From positions 1-57,475 of the forward strand of contig JARXAG010000119.1 in assembly GCA_029866055.1 (NCBI GenBank): DNA of 57,475 nt, in the 5' to 3' direction. Both the position numbers and the translations under genes were made by a program. This DNA is from Burkholderiaceae bacterium. Its GTDB lineage: Bacteria; Pseudomonadota; Gammaproteobacteria; Burkholderiales; Burkholderiaceae_B. This document shows positions 40,171-53,205 of this stretch, piece after piece; positions within the stretch are counted from its first letter, which is position 1, and each line of letters opens with the position of its first letter. The notes below the pieces were generated by a model. That model was not told where the DNA came from, ran no database searches, and worked only from the letters and a program-made list of their open reading frames with translations.

Positions 40171-41337
40171 TTACTTTTTGCATTCGCCCACGTAAACGTC
40201 TTGGTAAGACTCAAACACTTTGCCGACTAACTTATTGGTGATGCGGCCATCAGCGCCTTTCTCGACTACGCGAACATACAGGGGCTGAATCGGAAAGTTA
40301 TTGACGCCATACTTAAATGGGCCGCGCACCGATGAGAAGTCAGCTTTTTTCAAGGCAGCAATCACAGCTTCACGATCAGCCACTTTGCCACCCGTAGCCT
40401 TGACTGCAGCGTCGATCGCCATGATGGTGTCGTAAGCCTGAGCAGCATACACAGCGGGGTAACGATTGTTATATTCTTTACGAAACGCCTCGACAAATTT
40501 TTTGTTCTGCGCATTGTCTAAGTCGTGTGCCCACTGAGCGGTGTTAAACATCCCAATCAAGGGTTCACCCACGGCCTGAATGACGTCTTCATCTGCTGAA
40601 AACCCAGGGCCAACAAGCTTCACGCTTTTATTCAAGCCTGCCGAGACAAACTGTTTCACAAAATTGATGCCCATCCCACCTGGCAAGAAGATGTAGATTG
40701 CATCTGGCTTGACATCACGAATCTGCGCCAGTTCAGCCGCGTAATCAATCTGCCCAAGCTTGGTGTACACCTCTTGGTTTGGCGCAAGTTTGTAGCCACG
40801 CTTAAAACCATTTAACGCATCTTTGCCAGCTGGATAATCAGGAGCAAGGATGACCATTTTTTTGAAACCACGGTCGGCGGCAACCTTACCTGCAGCCTCG
40901 TGAAAGGCGTCGTTTTGGTATGACACGCCAAACCAGTAATCGTTACATTGCGCGCCGGCAAACTGGCTCGGGCCCGGGTTATTTGACAGATAAGGGACTT
41001 TGGCGGCGAACAATGCGGGGCCAACCGCCAACGCCACGTTCGAACCGATTGGGCCTGTGAAGAAATCAATCTTGTCGCGCTGGATATAACGGGTGACCAA
41101 CTGGCGCGCCTGATCTGGGTTACCACCCATGTCAGTCTGGATAAACTCAGCGGGCTGCCCGCCAAGCTTGTTGCCAAGCTGCTTGATCGCCAGATTAAAG
41201 CCGTCACGCGCTTCGGCACCCAGTGCCGCAAACGGACCGGACAAATCGTTCGCAATACCGACCTTGATCGGGGTTTGTGCAAGTGCAATGGCTGGCAAGA
41301 GTAAAGCCGCTGCAACGAGGTTTTTAAACAGACGCAT
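40171..41337 (-). CDS. Type 1 periplasmic substrate-binding protein (LivJ/K-like)
   Basis: Signal peptide MRLFKNLVAAALLLPAIALA; LSGPFAALG, DYPAGKD, YAAQAYD, SVRGPF. Confidence 0.88.
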   Translation of the reverse strand: MRLFKNLVAAALLLPAIALAQTPIKVGIANDLSGPFAALGAEARDGFNLAIKQLGNKLGGQPAEFIQTDMGGNPDQARQLVTRYIQRDKIDFFTGPIGSNVALAVGPALFAAKVPYLSNNPGPSQFAGAQCNDYWFGVSYQNDAFHEAAGKVAADRGFKKMVILAPDYPAGKDALNGFKRGYKLAPNQEVYTKLGQIDYAAELAQIRDVKPDAIYIFLPGGMGINFVKQFVSAGLNKSVKLVGPGFSADEDVIQAVGEPLIGMFNTAQWAHDLDNAQNKKFVEAFRKEYNNRYPAVYAAQAYDTIMAIDAAVKATGGKVADREAVIAALKKADFSSVRGPFKYGVNNFPIQPLYVRVVEKGADGRITNKLVGKVFESYQDVYVGECKK

Positions 41338-41461
41338 GAGAGGCCTCCTGGGCACGAAATGATTAGCGTCAAATAGTAGCAGGTGAGAATTATTTTGCCA
41401 CGACAAACTTTTACCCTCAAAATAAGCGCTTTGGTGCCTTTTTAAAGGCTAAACGCAAAAA

Positions 41462-42349
41462 ATGACCATCGCAAATGATGCAACCCCAACGCTCGCGCAG
41501 GCAGAATTAGATCTGCAGTACAACGCGCGGGCAACGGTACCTGATATTGCGCCTATGCTGCGCGATTACGCCACCCTGAGCGCTCAGGCTCGGTCAACCC
41601 TGCCCTGCGCACTGAACGTCTCTTACGGCGAGCACCCAGACGAAACTTTGGATATTTTTTTTGCGCAAGGCAATGCAAGCGCCCCTGTTTTTATCTACCT
41701 GCATGGCGGGTACTGGCGCCTGCTTTCTAAAGACGACTCGGGCTTTATGGCACCGGCCCTGACTGCCGCAGGAATGACTGTCGTTGCAGTCAACTACTCT
41801 TTGGCGCCGGCTGTCAGCCTGGATCGGATCGTGGATCAGACGCGCCGGGCGATGGCTTGGGTGCAAAACAATATCGGACACTACCACGGCGATGGTCAAA
41901 AACTGATCATTTCCGGCAGTTCGGCAGGCGGACATCTGGGCGGCATGGTGCTTGCTCGCGGCTGGCAAGCGTCCTACGGCTTTGACGCGCGTGGGCTCGC
42001 CGGCGCCGTGCTGCTCAGCGGCCTGTTTGACATCACCCCGCTGGTCAATACCCACATCAACGAATGGATGCGACTAAGCCCCGAAGACGCTCGACGCAAC
42101 AGCCCTCTCTTTGAATTGCCCGACAACGGCCCGCCGCTCATTGTGAGCTATGGCAGCAATGAAACGGCGACCTTCAAGCAACAATCGAAAGATTTTCTCG
42201 CCGCCTGGAAAACCAAAGGATTTAAAGGCGAATATGTCGATATGCCCGACACCAATCACTTTGACTTGGTGCTGCACTTGAATCAGCCTGACAGCCCGTT
42301 GGTGCAAAAATTGTTGCGCTTGCTAGGTTTAAGCGGTCCGCCAAGATAA
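41462..42349 (+). CDS. Arylformamidase/kynurenine-formamidase-like alpha/beta hydrolase
   Basis: QYNAR, LHGGYW, GSSAGGHL, SGLFD, NHFD. Confidence 0.8.
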   Translation: MTIANDATPTLAQAELDLQYNARATVPDIAPMLRDYATLSAQARSTLPCALNVSYGEHPDETLDIFFAQGNASAPVFIYLHGGYWRLLSKDDSGFMAPALTAAGMTVVAVNYSLAPAVSLDRIVDQTRRAMAWVQNNIGHYHGDGQKLIISGSSAGGHLGGMVLARGWQASYGFDARGLAGAVLLSGLFDITPLVNTHINEWMRLSPEDARRNSPLFELPDNGPPLIVSYGSNETATFKQQSKDFLAAWKTKGFKGEYVDMPDTNHFDLVLHLNQPDSPLVQKLLRLLGLSGPPR

Positions 42350-42449
42350 CGTGCTCGATCTAGATAGAGCTGGCAACTCGGGCGGCCGCTGCCCATCTTC
42401 AAAAAAAGCGATAATCACGCATCTTTCACCTTTTTAACTGCGAACCACC

Positions 42450-43676
42450 ATGGCCGTTAATCTGCATATTCCGTCTGACGACGCTGTTTACCCTGTTGCC
42501 GGCATTGAAATCGGCGTCACTGAAGCTGGCATTCGCAAAGCCGATCGCCGCGACCTGACCGTATTTCGCTTAAGCGAGGGCACAAGTGTGGCTGGCGTGT
42601 TCACCCGCAATCGCTTCTGTGCCGCGCCAGTCTTGGTCTGTCAAGAGCACCTAGGCGGCAAACAAGGCATTCGCGTCCTCGTCATCAACACAGGCAACGC
42701 CAATGCGGGCACCGGCGAACCCGGCCTGAAAGCGGCCAACGAGACCTGCGACGCGCTCGCCGGCTTACTGGGCTTGCAGAGCGCTCAGATTTTGCCCTTT
42801 TCAACCGGCGTGATTCTTGAACCCCTACCCGTTGACCGCATCAAGGCGGGCTTGCCTGGCGCGATTAAAAATTTAGCAGCAAGCAATTGGGTGTCAGCAG
42901 CGCACGGCATCATGACCACCGATACGCTGCCAAAAATTCATTCGCAACGCATCAAACTCGGCGACAAAACCATCACAATCACGGGTATCAGCAAAGGCGC
43001 GGGCATGATTCGGCCCAACATGGCCACCATGTTGAGCTATCTGGCGACCGACGCCGGTATTGCGCAATCGCTCATGACTCAGTTGGCGCGCGAACTAGCC
43101 GATGTCTCATTTAACCGGATCACAGTCGATGGTGATACCTCAACGAATGATTCATTCATTGTCATGGCAACCGGAAAAAGCGGCCTGCTGGTCGACAGCG
43201 TGGCACACCCGCACTATGCCGCGCTGAAAGCTGCCTTGGCCGTTGCAGCAATTGATTTGGCACAAAAAATCGTACGCGACGCTGAAGGCGCCACCAAATT
43301 CATGACGATCCAAGTCGAACAAGCCAAAACTGTCGATGAGGCCTTATTGGTGGCCTACGCGGTCGCGCATTCGCCTTTGGTAAAAACTGCCTTCTTTGCA
43401 AGCGACCCAAACTTAGGGCGCATTCTGGCTGCGATCGGCTATGCCGGCATCACTGACCTAGATGTACGTGGCGTCAAACTATGGCTGGGCGATGTCTTGG
43501 TCGCCGACAAAGGTGAACGTAATCCAAACTACCAAGAGGCTGACGGCCAACGTGTCATGAAAGAACCCGAAATTTTGGTACGCATCGCACTAGGCCGCGG
43601 CACTGTTGCGCAAACCGTTTACACCTGCGACTTCTCACACGAGTACGTCAGCATCAACGCAGATTACAGATCCTAA
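42450..43676 (+). CDS. argJ: Bifunctional ornithine acetyltransferase/N-acetylglutamate synthase
   Basis: [40 protein letters not shown]. Confidence 0.96.
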   Translation: MAVNLHIPSDDAVYPVAGIEIGVTEAGIRKADRRDLTVFRLSEGTSVAGVFTRNRFCAAPVLVCQEHLGGKQGIRVLVINTGNANAGTGEPGLKAANETCDALAGLLGLQSAQILPFSTGVILEPLPVDRIKAGLPGAIKNLAASNWVSAAHGIMTTDTLPKIHSQRIKLGDKTITITGISKGAGMIRPNMATMLSYLATDAGIAQSLMTQLARELADVSFNRITVDGDTSTNDSFIVMATGKSGLLVDSVAHPHYAALKAALAVAAIDLAQKIVRDAEGATKFMTIQVEQAKTVDEALLVAYAVAHSPLVKTAFFASDPNLGRILAAIGYAGITDLDVRGVKLWLGDVLVADKGERNPNYQEADGQRVMKEPEILVRIALGRGTVAQTVYTCDFSHEYVSINADYRS

Positions 43677-44563
43677 TGAGCAACACTAATTTATCCAACG
43701 GGCCCGACTCGGCAGAATTATTGGCGCGCGCCCTACGCGTATTGGCGCAGCTTGAAGCCTGGCTGCCGCCAACGCCCCCTCCCACTGACTGGAAAGCACT
43801 GGCCTTTCGTTGGCGCAAGCGTGGAGCCTCGCATGGCTGGCTAGATGCCATCGCTCATGTGTCACTGATCAACACCAGCGATCTGCAACACATTGAAAGA
43901 CAACGCGACATCATTGATCGCAATACGCGTCACTTTATCGAAGGTAAACCCGCCAATAATGTGCTGATGACGGGTGCCCGTGGCACCGGCAAAAGCTCGC
44001 TCGTCAAAGCCATGCTAGCCAGCTATGGCGCAAAGGGCCTGCGGCTGATCGAAGTCGACAAAAGCGACCTAGCCGATTTAGCAGACATCGTCGATCTGGT
44101 TGCCGAGCGGCCTGAAAAGTTTATTGTTTTCTGCGATGACTTATCGTTTGAAGAGGGCGAATCGGGTTACAAGGCGTTGAAGTCGGTACTCGATGGCTCG
44201 GCCGCCTCGGCCGGGACCAATGTGCTGATTTATGCCACCTCAAACCGCCGCCATCTGATGCCCGAGTACATGAGCGAAAACTTACAGGCCAAGCACCAAG
44301 CCGATGGTGAAGTCCACCCGGGCGAAACCGTAGAAGAAAAAATTTCTCTGTCTGAGCGCTTTGGTCTTTGGCTGTCGTTCTATCCCTTCAAACAAGACGA
44401 TTATCTGGATATCGTCTCGCACTGGTTACGCACCTTAGGCTGCTCAGAGGCCAACATCACCGAAGCACGTACCGAAGCCTTACAGTGGGCGCTTGAACGC
44501 GGCTCGCGCTCGGGTCGCGTCGCCTGGCATTTTGCGCGCGACTGGTCTGCGCGCTATGCCTGA
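43676..44563 (+). CDS. DUF815 AAA+ ATPase
   Basis: [42 protein letters not shown]. Confidence 0.92.
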   Translation: MSNTNLSNGPDSAELLARALRVLAQLEAWLPPTPPPTDWKALAFRWRKRGASHGWLDAIAHVSLINTSDLQHIERQRDIIDRNTRHFIEGKPANNVLMTGARGTGKSSLVKAMLASYGAKGLRLIEVDKSDLADLADIVDLVAERPEKFIVFCDDLSFEEGESGYKALKSVLDGSAASAGTNVLIYATSNRRHLMPEYMSENLQAKHQADGEVHPGETVEEKISLSERFGLWLSFYPFKQDDYLDIVSHWLRTLGCSEANITEARTEALQWALERGSRSGRVAWHFARDWSARYA

Positions 44564-45521
44564 CAAAATCATTGATGTCGCGGTTGGGGTGCTGCTACGC
44601 CCCGATGGCACAGTGCTCTTAGGCAATCGACCTGCAGACAAGCCTTGGCCCGGTTGGTGGGAGCTTCCTGGCGGCAAGCTCGAGCCAGGTGAAACCGTCT
44701 TACAGGCACTAGCGCGCGAGCTTCATGAAGAGCTCGGGATCGAGGTCACCACCTCGGCGCCCTGGGTCACCTACGTGCACGAGTACCCCACCACAACCGT
44801 GCGACTCGCCTTCTGTCGGGTCACCGGCTGGCTCGGCGAACCCAAGGGGTTAGAAGGACAAGAATTGCGTTGGGTTGATTTACGGCACGCTCACGAGGTG
44901 CCGCAATTGCTTCCGGCAACCTACCCGCCGCTGCGCTGGCTGCAGTTGCCTGAGGTCTATGCGATCTCGGCGGTTGGAGCACCTGAACACCTTCCAGATT
45001 TTTTACAACGCTTAGATAAAAACTTAGCCGCAGGCTTGCGTTTATTGCAGTGGCGCGAACCGAACTGGCCCGGCGGGGTTGCATCGCCTGACTTGCGTGA
45101 GGCACTCGTGACGGTACTCGCTCGCTGTCGTGCAGCTGGGGCTCGTGTACTGGTCAACAGCATGCATCCGTCCGAATGGTGGGCACAGGCTGATGGGGTG
45201 CATCTGCGCTCGACAGACGCCACGAACCTATCGACGCGCCCCAGTCTTGCTGAAGGTGCACTTCTTGGGGTGTCGACCCATAACCTAGCAGAGCTCGCGC
45301 AAGCACGAGCGCTCAATGCTGATTTTGCTGTGCTTGGCCCCGTTTTACCTACACCCTCTCATCCAGGCATGCCTGGCATGGGGTGGAAAGGCTTTGCCGA
45401 GCTCAATGCGCAGGCTGGGCTGCCGGTCTACGCACTAGGCGGTCAATCAGCCTCAACCCTCGCCCTAGTCCGCGCTGTTGGTGGGCACGGTTTTGCTGGG
45501 ATTCGCGCTTGGATTGCCTGA
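44556..45521 (+). CDS. mutT: MutT-type Nudix hydrolase fused to a ThiE-like TIM barrel
   Basis: Nudix box [23 protein letters not shown]; C-terminal DGVHL, TPSHP, YALGG. Confidence 0.88.
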   Translation: MPDKIIDVAVGVLLRPDGTVLLGNRPADKPWPGWWELPGGKLEPGETVLQALARELHEELGIEVTTSAPWVTYVHEYPTTTVRLAFCRVTGWLGEPKGLEGQELRWVDLRHAHEVPQLLPATYPPLRWLQLPEVYAISAVGAPEHLPDFLQRLDKNLAAGLRLLQWREPNWPGGVASPDLREALVTVLARCRAAGARVLVNSMHPSEWWAQADGVHLRSTDATNLSTRPSLAEGALLGVSTHNLAELAQARALNADFAVLGPVLPTPSHPGMPGMGWKGFAELNAQAGLPVYALGGQSASTLALVRAVGGHGFAGIRAWIA

Positions 45522-46988
45522 GTCATCTACCCGTCTGAGCTCTTCCGCTGACCAACCGCCACCCAGCGCCGCAATCAGACGCAAGCTGGCAGCGAAGCGA
45601 TTTCCAACCAGAGTGATGTAAGTGCGTTCATTGTTCAACGCAGTCGCTTCGAGCACCGCAACGCTCAAATAATCAATTAACCCTTGATCGTACTGATTTC
45701 GTGCGAGTTTGAGAGATAAACGAGCCGACTCTACAGCGAGCCGCTGTACCGCGTCTTCTTGCTCAAAGACACGCATCTGAATCATTGCATTTTCAACCTC
45801 TTGCAAGGCGTTCAAGACAGTTTGTCGGTAGACGGCTGTCTGGACATCAAACTGCGCCCGGGCCTGCGCGATCTGCGCTTGTCGCGCACCACCGTCAAAA
45901 ATTAAAGCGGCGAGTTGAGGGCCCAGCGACCAAAACTGAGCCGGCGCACTAAACCACTGCGTAAAGTCATTGCTGCGATAGCCCGTGTTGGCATTTAACG
46001 TCAGACTTGGAAACCACGCTGCAGTGGCAACCCCGATCAAAGCGTTGGCCGAGGCGGCGCGCCGCTCGGCTGCCGAAATATCGGGGCGCCGTTCAAGCAA
46101 TTCAGAAGGCAAACCAACCGGAACCTTAGGCGGCACAAGCGACAGAGGTTGCGCCGCAATCGAAAATGTTGAGGGGGCACGCCCCAGTAATACTGCTATG
46201 GCATTTTCAGCGATTGCCCGCTGCTGCTCAAGGTCTATCAGCTGCGCGCGCGTGCTCTCAAGTTGAGTGCGCGCGACCGCAACATCAGCCTGACCTGAAA
46301 TGCCTGCGTTATAACGATTTTGAGTGAGCTTCAAAGCACGCTCGTAAGACGCGACCGTGCCTTGCAGCAACCGCTTTTGCTCGTCTAACACTCGTACCTG
46401 CAAGTAACTCAGCCCCATCGCGGTTTGCGCGGTCAACCGCGCGCCAGTCACCTCTGCTGCAAGGGCTAACTCTGTTGCATCGGTCGATTCAATATTTCGA
46501 CGCACGCTTCCCCAGATATCAATTTGCCAGCTCGCCAATGCATTGGCGTTGTAGGTGCTGATCGACGTGCTGTTCACCACGCCGCCGGGGCCTGTGGCAG
46601 ACCCCCCAGCGCGGGTGGCTCCACCGGTAGCCGATATGGTGGGCAGTAGCGGCGCGCGCGAACCCTGCGTCAGGGCTACCGCCTGTCTAAACCGTGCCTC
46701 AGCCTGAGCGATATTCTGATTGGCGAGGTTGAGTTCTTGCATTAATTGATTGAGCGTGGCGTCGCTATACATCAGCCACCAGGCGCCGCTGGGCACCTCG
46801 GCCAGTTGCGGCTGGGCCGGCTTCCAGCCCGGCGTTTCTTTAAATTGCACCCCAACGTCAATCTTGGGTCGCACATAATCCGGGCCCACCATGCACGACG
46901 TGAGAAGGCTCAGCGCGCCGAGCAGTAACGCGACGCGCACGCTGCGCACCACATACTTAAACCCGACAATACCAGAGCAATCAATCAT
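45465..46988 (-). CDS. RND outer-membrane factor lipoprotein (NodT/OprM family)
   Basis: Lipobox [26 protein letters not shown]; start uncertain. Confidence 0.92.
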   Translation of the reverse strand: MIDCSGIVGFKYVVRSVRVALLLGALSLLTSCMVGPDYVRPKIDVGVQFKETPGWKPAQPQLAEVPSGAWWLMYSDATLNQLMQELNLANQNIAQAEARFRQAVALTQGSRAPLLPTISATGGATRAGGSATGPGGVVNSTSISTYNANALASWQIDIWGSVRRNIESTDATELALAAEVTGARLTAQTAMGLSYLQVRVLDEQKRLLQGTVASYERALKLTQNRYNAGISGQADVAVARTQLESTRAQLIDLEQQRAIAENAIAVLLGRAPSTFSIAAQPLSLVPPKVPVGLPSELLERRPDISAAERRAASANALIGVATAAWFPSLTLNANTGYRSNDFTQWFSAPAQFWSLGPQLAALIFDGGARQAQIAQARAQFDVQTAVYRQTVLNALQEVENAMIQMRVFEQEDAVQRLAVESARLSLKLARNQYDQGLIDYLSVAVLEATALNNERTYITLVGNRFAASLRLIAALGGGWSAEELRRVDDSGNPSANPSKTVPTNSAD

Positions 46989-49900
46989 GTTTCAGCGCCA
47001 TTAGGCAACACTACAGGTTTTGAACCGGACCAGGGCTTGGTCAACAGCCATAGTCGAAAGCGATCAAGATACAAGTAAACCACAGGCGTGGTGTACAGCG
47101 TCAGCAACTGACTCACCAACAGCCCCCCTAAAATCGTGATCCCGAGGGGCTGACGCATTTCAACCCCAGCGCCCGAAGCAAATACCAAGGGTATGGCACC
47201 AAATATTGCCGCGCACGTGGTCATCATAATTGGTCTAAAGCGTGTCATACAGGCTTGATAAATCGCGTCCTTGGGCGACAAGCCCAGTTTACGCTGTGCC
47301 TCAAGGGCAAAATCCACCATCATGATCGCATTCTTTTTCACAATCCCAATCAGCAAAAACACACCAACCAAGGCGATCAAGGTGAACTCAGTTTTCATCA
47401 ACAATAACGCCAATAACGCCCCAATCCCTGCCGAGGGTAGCGTCGACAAAATCGTCAGCGGATGAATTGTGCTCTCGTATAGGATACCCAACACGATGTA
47501 CATGGTGACTAATGCCCCAAGAATCAGCCAAGGTTGATTCGCCAGCGCACTCTGCAAGGCCTTTGCCGTCCCTTGAAAACCTGCTTGAATTTTGTCGCTT
47601 GGCAAATTAATGCCCGCAATCGCCTGATCGATCGCGGCATTGGCTTGCCCAAGCGAGACCCCAGGGGCTACATCAAACGAAATCGTATCGGCCGCCGACA
47701 AACCCTGATGTCGAACACTTAACGGGGCGTTGTTCACCTCAAATTTTGCCACCGCCATCAATGGGACACGCTGGCCTGTTTGACTCAATACATACACATC
47801 ACGCAATGATTCTGGGTCTTGAGCGTGACGCGGACCAACCCCCATCACAACCCGGTACTGATTGCGCTCACCGTACATCACCGAAATTTGCCTTTGACTG
47901 AAAGAATTGTTCAACACAGCAGAAATACTCGCCATCGGCACGCCCAGCCGCTGCGCAGCATCACGATCAATCTGTAACGAGACTTGTCGACCGCGGTCTT
48001 CGACGTCGGTATCCACATCGATCAACTCGGGCAAGCCTGCAAGCGCTCGTTGCACCTTTGGCATCCATTCTTTCAAGTCCTCAAGCTCATTGGCCATGAG
48101 CGTATATTGAAACGCTGAACTGCTTTGTCGACCGCCGATCCTGATGTCTTGTTGTGCCATCAAAAATAAACGCGCGCCCGGAATCCCCGCGAGCTGAGGC
48201 CGCAGCCGCGTGATCACATCCCTGACTGAAATTTTTCGCTCAGCGAAGGGCTTAAGCTGCACGGCTAAAAAGCTAGTATTGCTACCGCCTCGCCCACTAG
48301 CGTAAGCCGTCACAGTGCTGATTGCTGGGTCGCGCAACAGCACCTGTCTAAAGCGATCAAGCTTAGGCTTCATCGATTCAAACGAGGTACCGTCATCTGT
48401 TGAAAAAAACCCCAGCATCATTCCGGTATCTTGCTGTGGAAAAAAACCTTTTGGCACGACGCCGTACAAATAAAAATTCAAGCCTACCGTCGCCGCTAAC
48501 AGCAACATCATCAAACGACCGTGACGCAAGGCCCAATGTAATGACCGCCCATAACCATTCACTGTTGCGTCAACAATCGCTTGAAAACCGCGCGAAAAAA
48601 TATTGGGTCGACCGGTTGCGACTCGATCTTTGACGGGGCGTTTGAGCAAGTGTGCTGCCATCATCGGCGTCAGCGTCAGCGACACCAACATTGAAATTAA
48701 TATGGCAGCCGACAAGGTCACCGCAAACTCACGAAATAAGCGGCCAGGCAACCCGCCCATCAGCAAGATCGGAATAAACACCGCAATGAGCGAGATGCTC
48801 ATCGACAACACGGTAAAGCCAACTTCACGGGTACCGCGTAACGCCGCCCGCTGAATCGACTCACCCCGTTCTACGTGACGCATAATATTTTCAACGACAA
48901 CGATCGCGTCATCTACAACAAACCCCGTCGCCACAATCAACGCCATGAGCGACATCGTATTTAAAGAGTAGCCACACAAGTACATCACGCCAAATGTGCC
49001 GATCAAAGACACAGGCACTGCAACCGTTGGGATAAAAGCGGCACGCCAATTGCGTAAGAACACCAGCACCACCATCATCACTAAACCAATAGCAATGACT
49101 AGCGTCTTTTCGGCCTCGTGCACAGAAGCCCGAATACTGGGAGTGCGGTCTTGCGCGACCGACACAGTCACATCTGCGGGCAGCATGGCTCGCAACACCG
49201 GCAAATCTGCCCGAATCTGATCAACCGTCTTGATGATGTTGGCTTTAGCCTGACTTCGCACCGGGACCAAGATGGCCTGCTTGGTATTGAAGTAGCCAAT
49301 ATTGAATGTATCCTCAACCGAATCTTCGACTCGAGCAATGTCTGATAAACGCACTGGCGCGCCATTGCGCCAAGCGACGATCAGCGGGCGATAATCTGCC
49401 GCCTTCCAGAGTTGATCGTTGGCCATAATCTGCCAACGATACATGTCGTTTTCAAGCGCACCTTTGGGTCGGGTAGAGTTTGCTGCAGCGATGGCAATTC
49501 GAACAGCTTCAAGCGACACACCAGCCTGCGCCAACGCGTCGGGGTCGAGGTCGATACGCACTGCCGGCAAAGAACTTCCGCCAATCTGCACCTCGCCCAC
49601 ACCTTCGACCTGAGACAACTTTTGTTGCACGATCGTCGAGGCAATGTCATACAACTGCCCCTGCGACAAAGAGTCAGACGTCAAGGCAAGCGTGATAATT
49701 GGTGCAGACGAAGGGTTGGCTTTGTTGTAAGACGGGTTGCTGCGCAAGCCGCTTGGCATCATTGCTCGGGCCGCATTGATTGCGCCCTGCACATCCGTGG
49801 CCGCACTATTGATATCGCGACTCAAATCAAACTGTAACGTGATGCGAGTCTGACCCGTCGTGCTGCGCGACGTCATTTCAGACACGCCCGCAATCGTACC

Positions 49901-50113
49901 GAGCGAACGCTCAAGCGGTGTTGCCACTGTCGCTGCCATCACTTCAGGACTTGCACCGGGCATTTGCGCTCGTACGCCAATCACCGGAAACTCAATCTGC
50001 GGTAACGGTGCAATCGGCAGCAGGCTATGCGCGAGCCAACCTGCCAGCACCACACCCAGCCAAATCAATATCGTGGCAACTGGGCGGACGATAAAGGGGC
50101 CCGACAGACTCAT
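46985..50113 (-). CDS. mdtC: RND permease, MdtC/MuxC-like
   Basis: [38 protein letters not shown]. Confidence 0.88.
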   Translation of the reverse strand: MSLSGPFIVRPVATILIWLGVVLAGWLAHSLLPIAPLPQIEFPVIGVRAQMPGASPEVMAATVATPLERSLGTIAGVSEMTSRSTTGQTRITLQFDLSRDINSAATDVQGAINAARAMMPSGLRSNPSYNKANPSSAPIITLALTSDSLSQGQLYDIASTIVQQKLSQVEGVGEVQIGGSSLPAVRIDLDPDALAQAGVSLEAVRIAIAAANSTRPKGALENDMYRWQIMANDQLWKAADYRPLIVAWRNGAPVRLSDIARVEDSVEDTFNIGYFNTKQAILVPVRSQAKANIIKTVDQIRADLPVLRAMLPADVTVSVAQDRTPSIRASVHEAEKTLVIAIGLVMMVVLVFLRNWRAAFIPTVAVPVSLIGTFGVMYLCGYSLNTMSLMALIVATGFVVDDAIVVVENIMRHVERGESIQRAALRGTREVGFTVLSMSISLIAVFIPILLMGGLPGRLFREFAVTLSAAILISMLVSLTLTPMMAAHLLKRPVKDRVATGRPNIFSRGFQAIVDATVNGYGRSLHWALRHGRLMMLLLAATVGLNFYLYGVVPKGFFPQQDTGMMLGFFSTDDGTSFESMKPKLDRFRQVLLRDPAISTVTAYASGRGGSNTSFLAVQLKPFAERKISVRDVITRLRPQLAGIPGARLFLMAQQDIRIGGRQSSSAFQYTLMANELEDLKEWMPKVQRALAGLPELIDVDTDVEDRGRQVSLQIDRDAAQRLGVPMASISAVLNNSFSQRQISVMYGERNQYRVVMGVGPRHAQDPESLRDVYVLSQTGQRVPLMAVAKFEVNNAPLSVRHQGLSAADTISFDVAPGVSLGQANAAIDQAIAGINLPSDKIQAGFQGTAKALQSALANQPWLILGALVTMYIVLGILYESTIHPLTILSTLPSAGIGALLALLLMKTEFTLIALVGVFLLIGIVKKNAIMMVDFALEAQRKLGLSPKDAIYQACMTRFRPIMMTTCAAIFGAIPLVFASGAGVEMRQPLGITILGGLLVSQLLTLYTTPVVYLYLDRFRLWLLTKPWSGSKPVVLPNGAET

Positions 50114-53100
50114 GACACAGAATCGCTTGTGCTTGTCGTGGTACGACGGCCAGCAAACATTCGATCAAAGAATAAATAAATCACTGGTGTCGTGAATAAG
50201 GTCAACACTTGACTCACGAGCAGACCGCCCACCATCACCAAACCAAGCGGCTGCCGAAGTTCAGCGCCAGTCCCAGTTGAGAGCATCAAGGGCACGGCAC
50301 CAAACAACGCCGCAAGCGTTGTCATCAAAATAGGGCGAAACCGCAAGAGCGCCGCCTGTTGAATCGCCTCGCGAGGTGACATTTTGTGCTTTCGCTCGGC
50401 TTCAAGTGCAAAGTCGATCATCATGATTGCATTTTTTTTCACAATCCCGATCAACAGAATGATGCCGATAATTCCAATCATATCGAGATCGCGCCCAGTG
50501 AGTGTCAACGCCAACAACGCACCAATCGCAGCCGACGGCAAGGTCGACAGAATCGTAACCGGATGAATAAAGCTTTCGTACAGCACACCGAGCACGATAT
50601 ACATCGTGATCACAGCAGCCAAAATCAAAAATAGCGTACTCGAGAGCGAGGCCTCAAACGCGCGCGCAGCCCCCTGAAACCGGGCCTGAATACCCAAAGG
50701 CATCCCAATCGCCTGTTGAGACTGAGCCACTGCGGCCACCGCGTCAGACAACGAGGCGCCGGGCGCCAAATTAAAAGAGACTGTCACCGACGGAAACTGA
50801 TCGAGCCGATTTAACACCAGCGCTGAACGCCCTTCGGTCACGGTGACTAAATTCGTCAAGGCGATAGGTTTGCCGTCGGTTGTTTTGACATAAATTGATC
50901 CAAACGCTGACGGATCGCGACGAAACTGCGGTGCCGTCTCGAGCACGACACGGTACTGGTTTGACTGGGTAAAAATCGTCGAAATTTGGCGCTGTCCAAA
51001 CGCATCGTATAGCGCGTCATCGATCGCCGCCGTCGATACGCCCACCCGCGCGGCCGCGTCGCGATCAATCTGAATAAAGGTGTTGAGCCCCTCGTTCTGC
51101 ATATCATCGATGACATCGACGAGTGGCTCACGCTGACGCAGGTTCTCGACGAGTAAGGGCACCCACTGCGCAAGCAATGCTGGGTCAGCGCTTTCAAGGG
51201 TCAGTTGATATTGGGTCCGGCTGACGCGATCTTCGACGGTTAAATCCTGTATCGGCTGCAGATAAAACTGCAAGCCATTGACGACGCTCAAGCGGTCTTG
51301 CAAGCGCTGAATGATCACAGATGCCTGATCATTTCTCAGATGATGTGCACGCAAAGCCACTTGCAACCGACCTGTGTTCACCGTTTCATTTACCGCATCA
51401 ACACCCACAAACGACGCCACTGTCGCGACATCAGGGTCTTCTAGGATCACTTTGACGGCCTCTTGCTGCCGCTGCGCCATTGTCGTAAACGCAATATTTT
51501 GTGGCGCTTGCGTCACGATTTGGATCAGCCCAGTATCCTGCACCGGGAAAAAGCCTTTTGGGATTGCCAGATACAGAAGCGCCGTCAATAGAAACGTGCC
51601 AAGTGCAACAAATAACGTGAGCGTCTGATGATTGAGCACGATCTGCAACAAGCGACCATAGCCTGCAATCAATTGGTCAATTTTCTGGCTGAGATAACGC
51701 GCTAAAGGACCGCCACTTTGATGATCTCCGACGCGCAACAGGCGCGCGCACATCATCGGCGTGAGGGTCAGCGAGATGAGGAGTGACAGCAAAATGGCCA
51801 CTGCAAGCGTGACAGCAAACTCTCTGAAGAGTCGACCCACCACCTCAGTCATAAAGAGCAAAGGTATCAGCACTGCAATCAGGGACACCGTCAAGGACAC
51901 AAGCGTAAAACCAATTTGCGAGGCACCTTTTAGCGCAGCTTGCATGGGCGTGTCGCCACGTTCGAGGTAGCGGGCGATATTTTCAATCATCACAATCGCA
52001 TCATCAACCACAAAACCAGTTGCAATCGTCAGTGCCATTAAGGTCAGGTTATTAATACTAAAACCAATCAAGTACATGACACCAAACGTACCCACCAACG
52101 ACAACGGCACCACGATGCTGGGAATTAAGGTGGCAGTGAAGGTTCGTAAAAATACAAAGGTCACCAAAACCACCAAGCCAATCGCAAGCAAAAGCTCAGT
52201 CTGCACGTCACGCACGGATTCGCGAATCGTCTGGGTTCGATCCGACATGACCTTGATATCAAGATTAGCTGGCAACGCCACGCGTAATTGCGGCAAGAGT
52301 TTTTGTATGCGATCGACCACCTCGATCACATTTGCACCGGGTTGGCGCTGTACGTTGAGTAAGATTGCAGGCTCGGTATCGGCCCAGGCCGCAAGACGCG
52401 CATCTTCGGCCTCGTATACAGCAGTGGCAACATCCGAGAGTCGCAACGGTGCGCCATTGTTATAAGACACTACCAAGTTCATATACTCAAGAGGTGTTTT
52501 GAGCTGATCATTGGCGTTGATCGTGGTCGATCGCACCACACCGTCAAGCGTGCCTTTAGGCTGATTGACATTGGCGCCAATAACCGCCGTTCGTACATCA
52601 GCAAGCGTCAAACCGTAAGCGGCCAGCGCCTGAGGATTTGCCTGGATGCGCATAGAAGGCCTCTGCCCACCCGCCACAGTCACCAAACCAACGCCCGCCA
52701 CCTGAGAAATCTTCTGCGCCATGCGGGTATCAACTAAATCCCGTATTTGAGGCAAAGGAACCGTGGGAGACGTCACGGCCAGCGTCAATACTGCAGCATC
52801 GGCGGGGTTCACCTTGTTGTAGACAGGCGGTGCCGGCAAATCACGCGGTAACAAACTGCTAGCGGCGTTGATCGCAGCCTGCACCTGCTGTTCGGCCACA
52901 TCAAGTGGCAACGACAAAGCAAACTGCAGCGTAATCACTGAGGTGCCAGCGGCGCTACTGGACGACATCTGCCGCAAGCCTGGCATCTGTCCAAACTGCC
53001 GCTCAAGCGGCGAGGTCACGAGCGCAGCCATCACATCGGGGCTAGCACCTGGATAGTAAGCGGTCGTTTGAATGGTGGGATAGTCGACTTCGGGGAGTGA

Positions 53101-53205
53101 CGAGACTGGCAACCAACGATAGGCAATCAGCCCAGACAGAAACAATGCCACCATCGCCAGTGTTGTGGCAACGGGCCGAACGATAAACGGCCGAGACAGG
53201 TTCAC
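50110..53205 (-). CDS. mdtB: RND permease, MdtB/MuxB-like
   Basis: [40 protein letters not shown]. Confidence 0.9.
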   Translation of the reverse strand: MNLSRPFIVRPVATTLAMVALFLSGLIAYRWLPVSSLPEVDYPTIQTTAYYPGASPDVMAALVTSPLERQFGQMPGLRQMSSSSAAGTSVITLQFALSLPLDVAEQQVQAAINAASSLLPRDLPAPPVYNKVNPADAAVLTLAVTSPTVPLPQIRDLVDTRMAQKISQVAGVGLVTVAGGQRPSMRIQANPQALAAYGLTLADVRTAVIGANVNQPKGTLDGVVRSTTINANDQLKTPLEYMNLVVSYNNGAPLRLSDVATAVYEAEDARLAAWADTEPAILLNVQRQPGANVIEVVDRIQKLLPQLRVALPANLDIKVMSDRTQTIRESVRDVQTELLLAIGLVVLVTFVFLRTFTATLIPSIVVPLSLVGTFGVMYLIGFSINNLTLMALTIATGFVVDDAIVMIENIARYLERGDTPMQAALKGASQIGFTLVSLTVSLIAVLIPLLFMTEVVGRLFREFAVTLAVAILLSLLISLTLTPMMCARLLRVGDHQSGGPLARYLSQKIDQLIAGYGRLLQIVLNHQTLTLFVALGTFLLTALLYLAIPKGFFPVQDTGLIQIVTQAPQNIAFTTMAQRQQEAVKVILEDPDVATVASFVGVDAVNETVNTGRLQVALRAHHLRNDQASVIIQRLQDRLSVVNGLQFYLQPIQDLTVEDRVSRTQYQLTLESADPALLAQWVPLLVENLRQREPLVDVIDDMQNEGLNTFIQIDRDAAARVGVSTAAIDDALYDAFGQRQISTIFTQSNQYRVVLETAPQFRRDPSAFGSIYVKTTDGKPIALTNLVTVTEGRSALVLNRLDQFPSVTVSFNLAPGASLSDAVAAVAQSQQAIGMPLGIQARFQGAARAFEASLSSTLFLILAAVITMYIVLGVLYESFIHPVTILSTLPSAAIGALLALTLTGRDLDMIGIIGIILLIGIVKKNAIMMIDFALEAERKHKMSPREAIQQAALLRFRPILMTTLAALFGAVPLMLSTGTGAELRQPLGLVMVGGLLVSQVLTLFTTPVIYLFFDRMFAGRRTTTSTSDSVS

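Noticed and set aside
44556-45521. MutT-ThiE-like fusion as a novelty
   Set aside because: Known architecture at this locus in Beta- and Gammaproteobacteria
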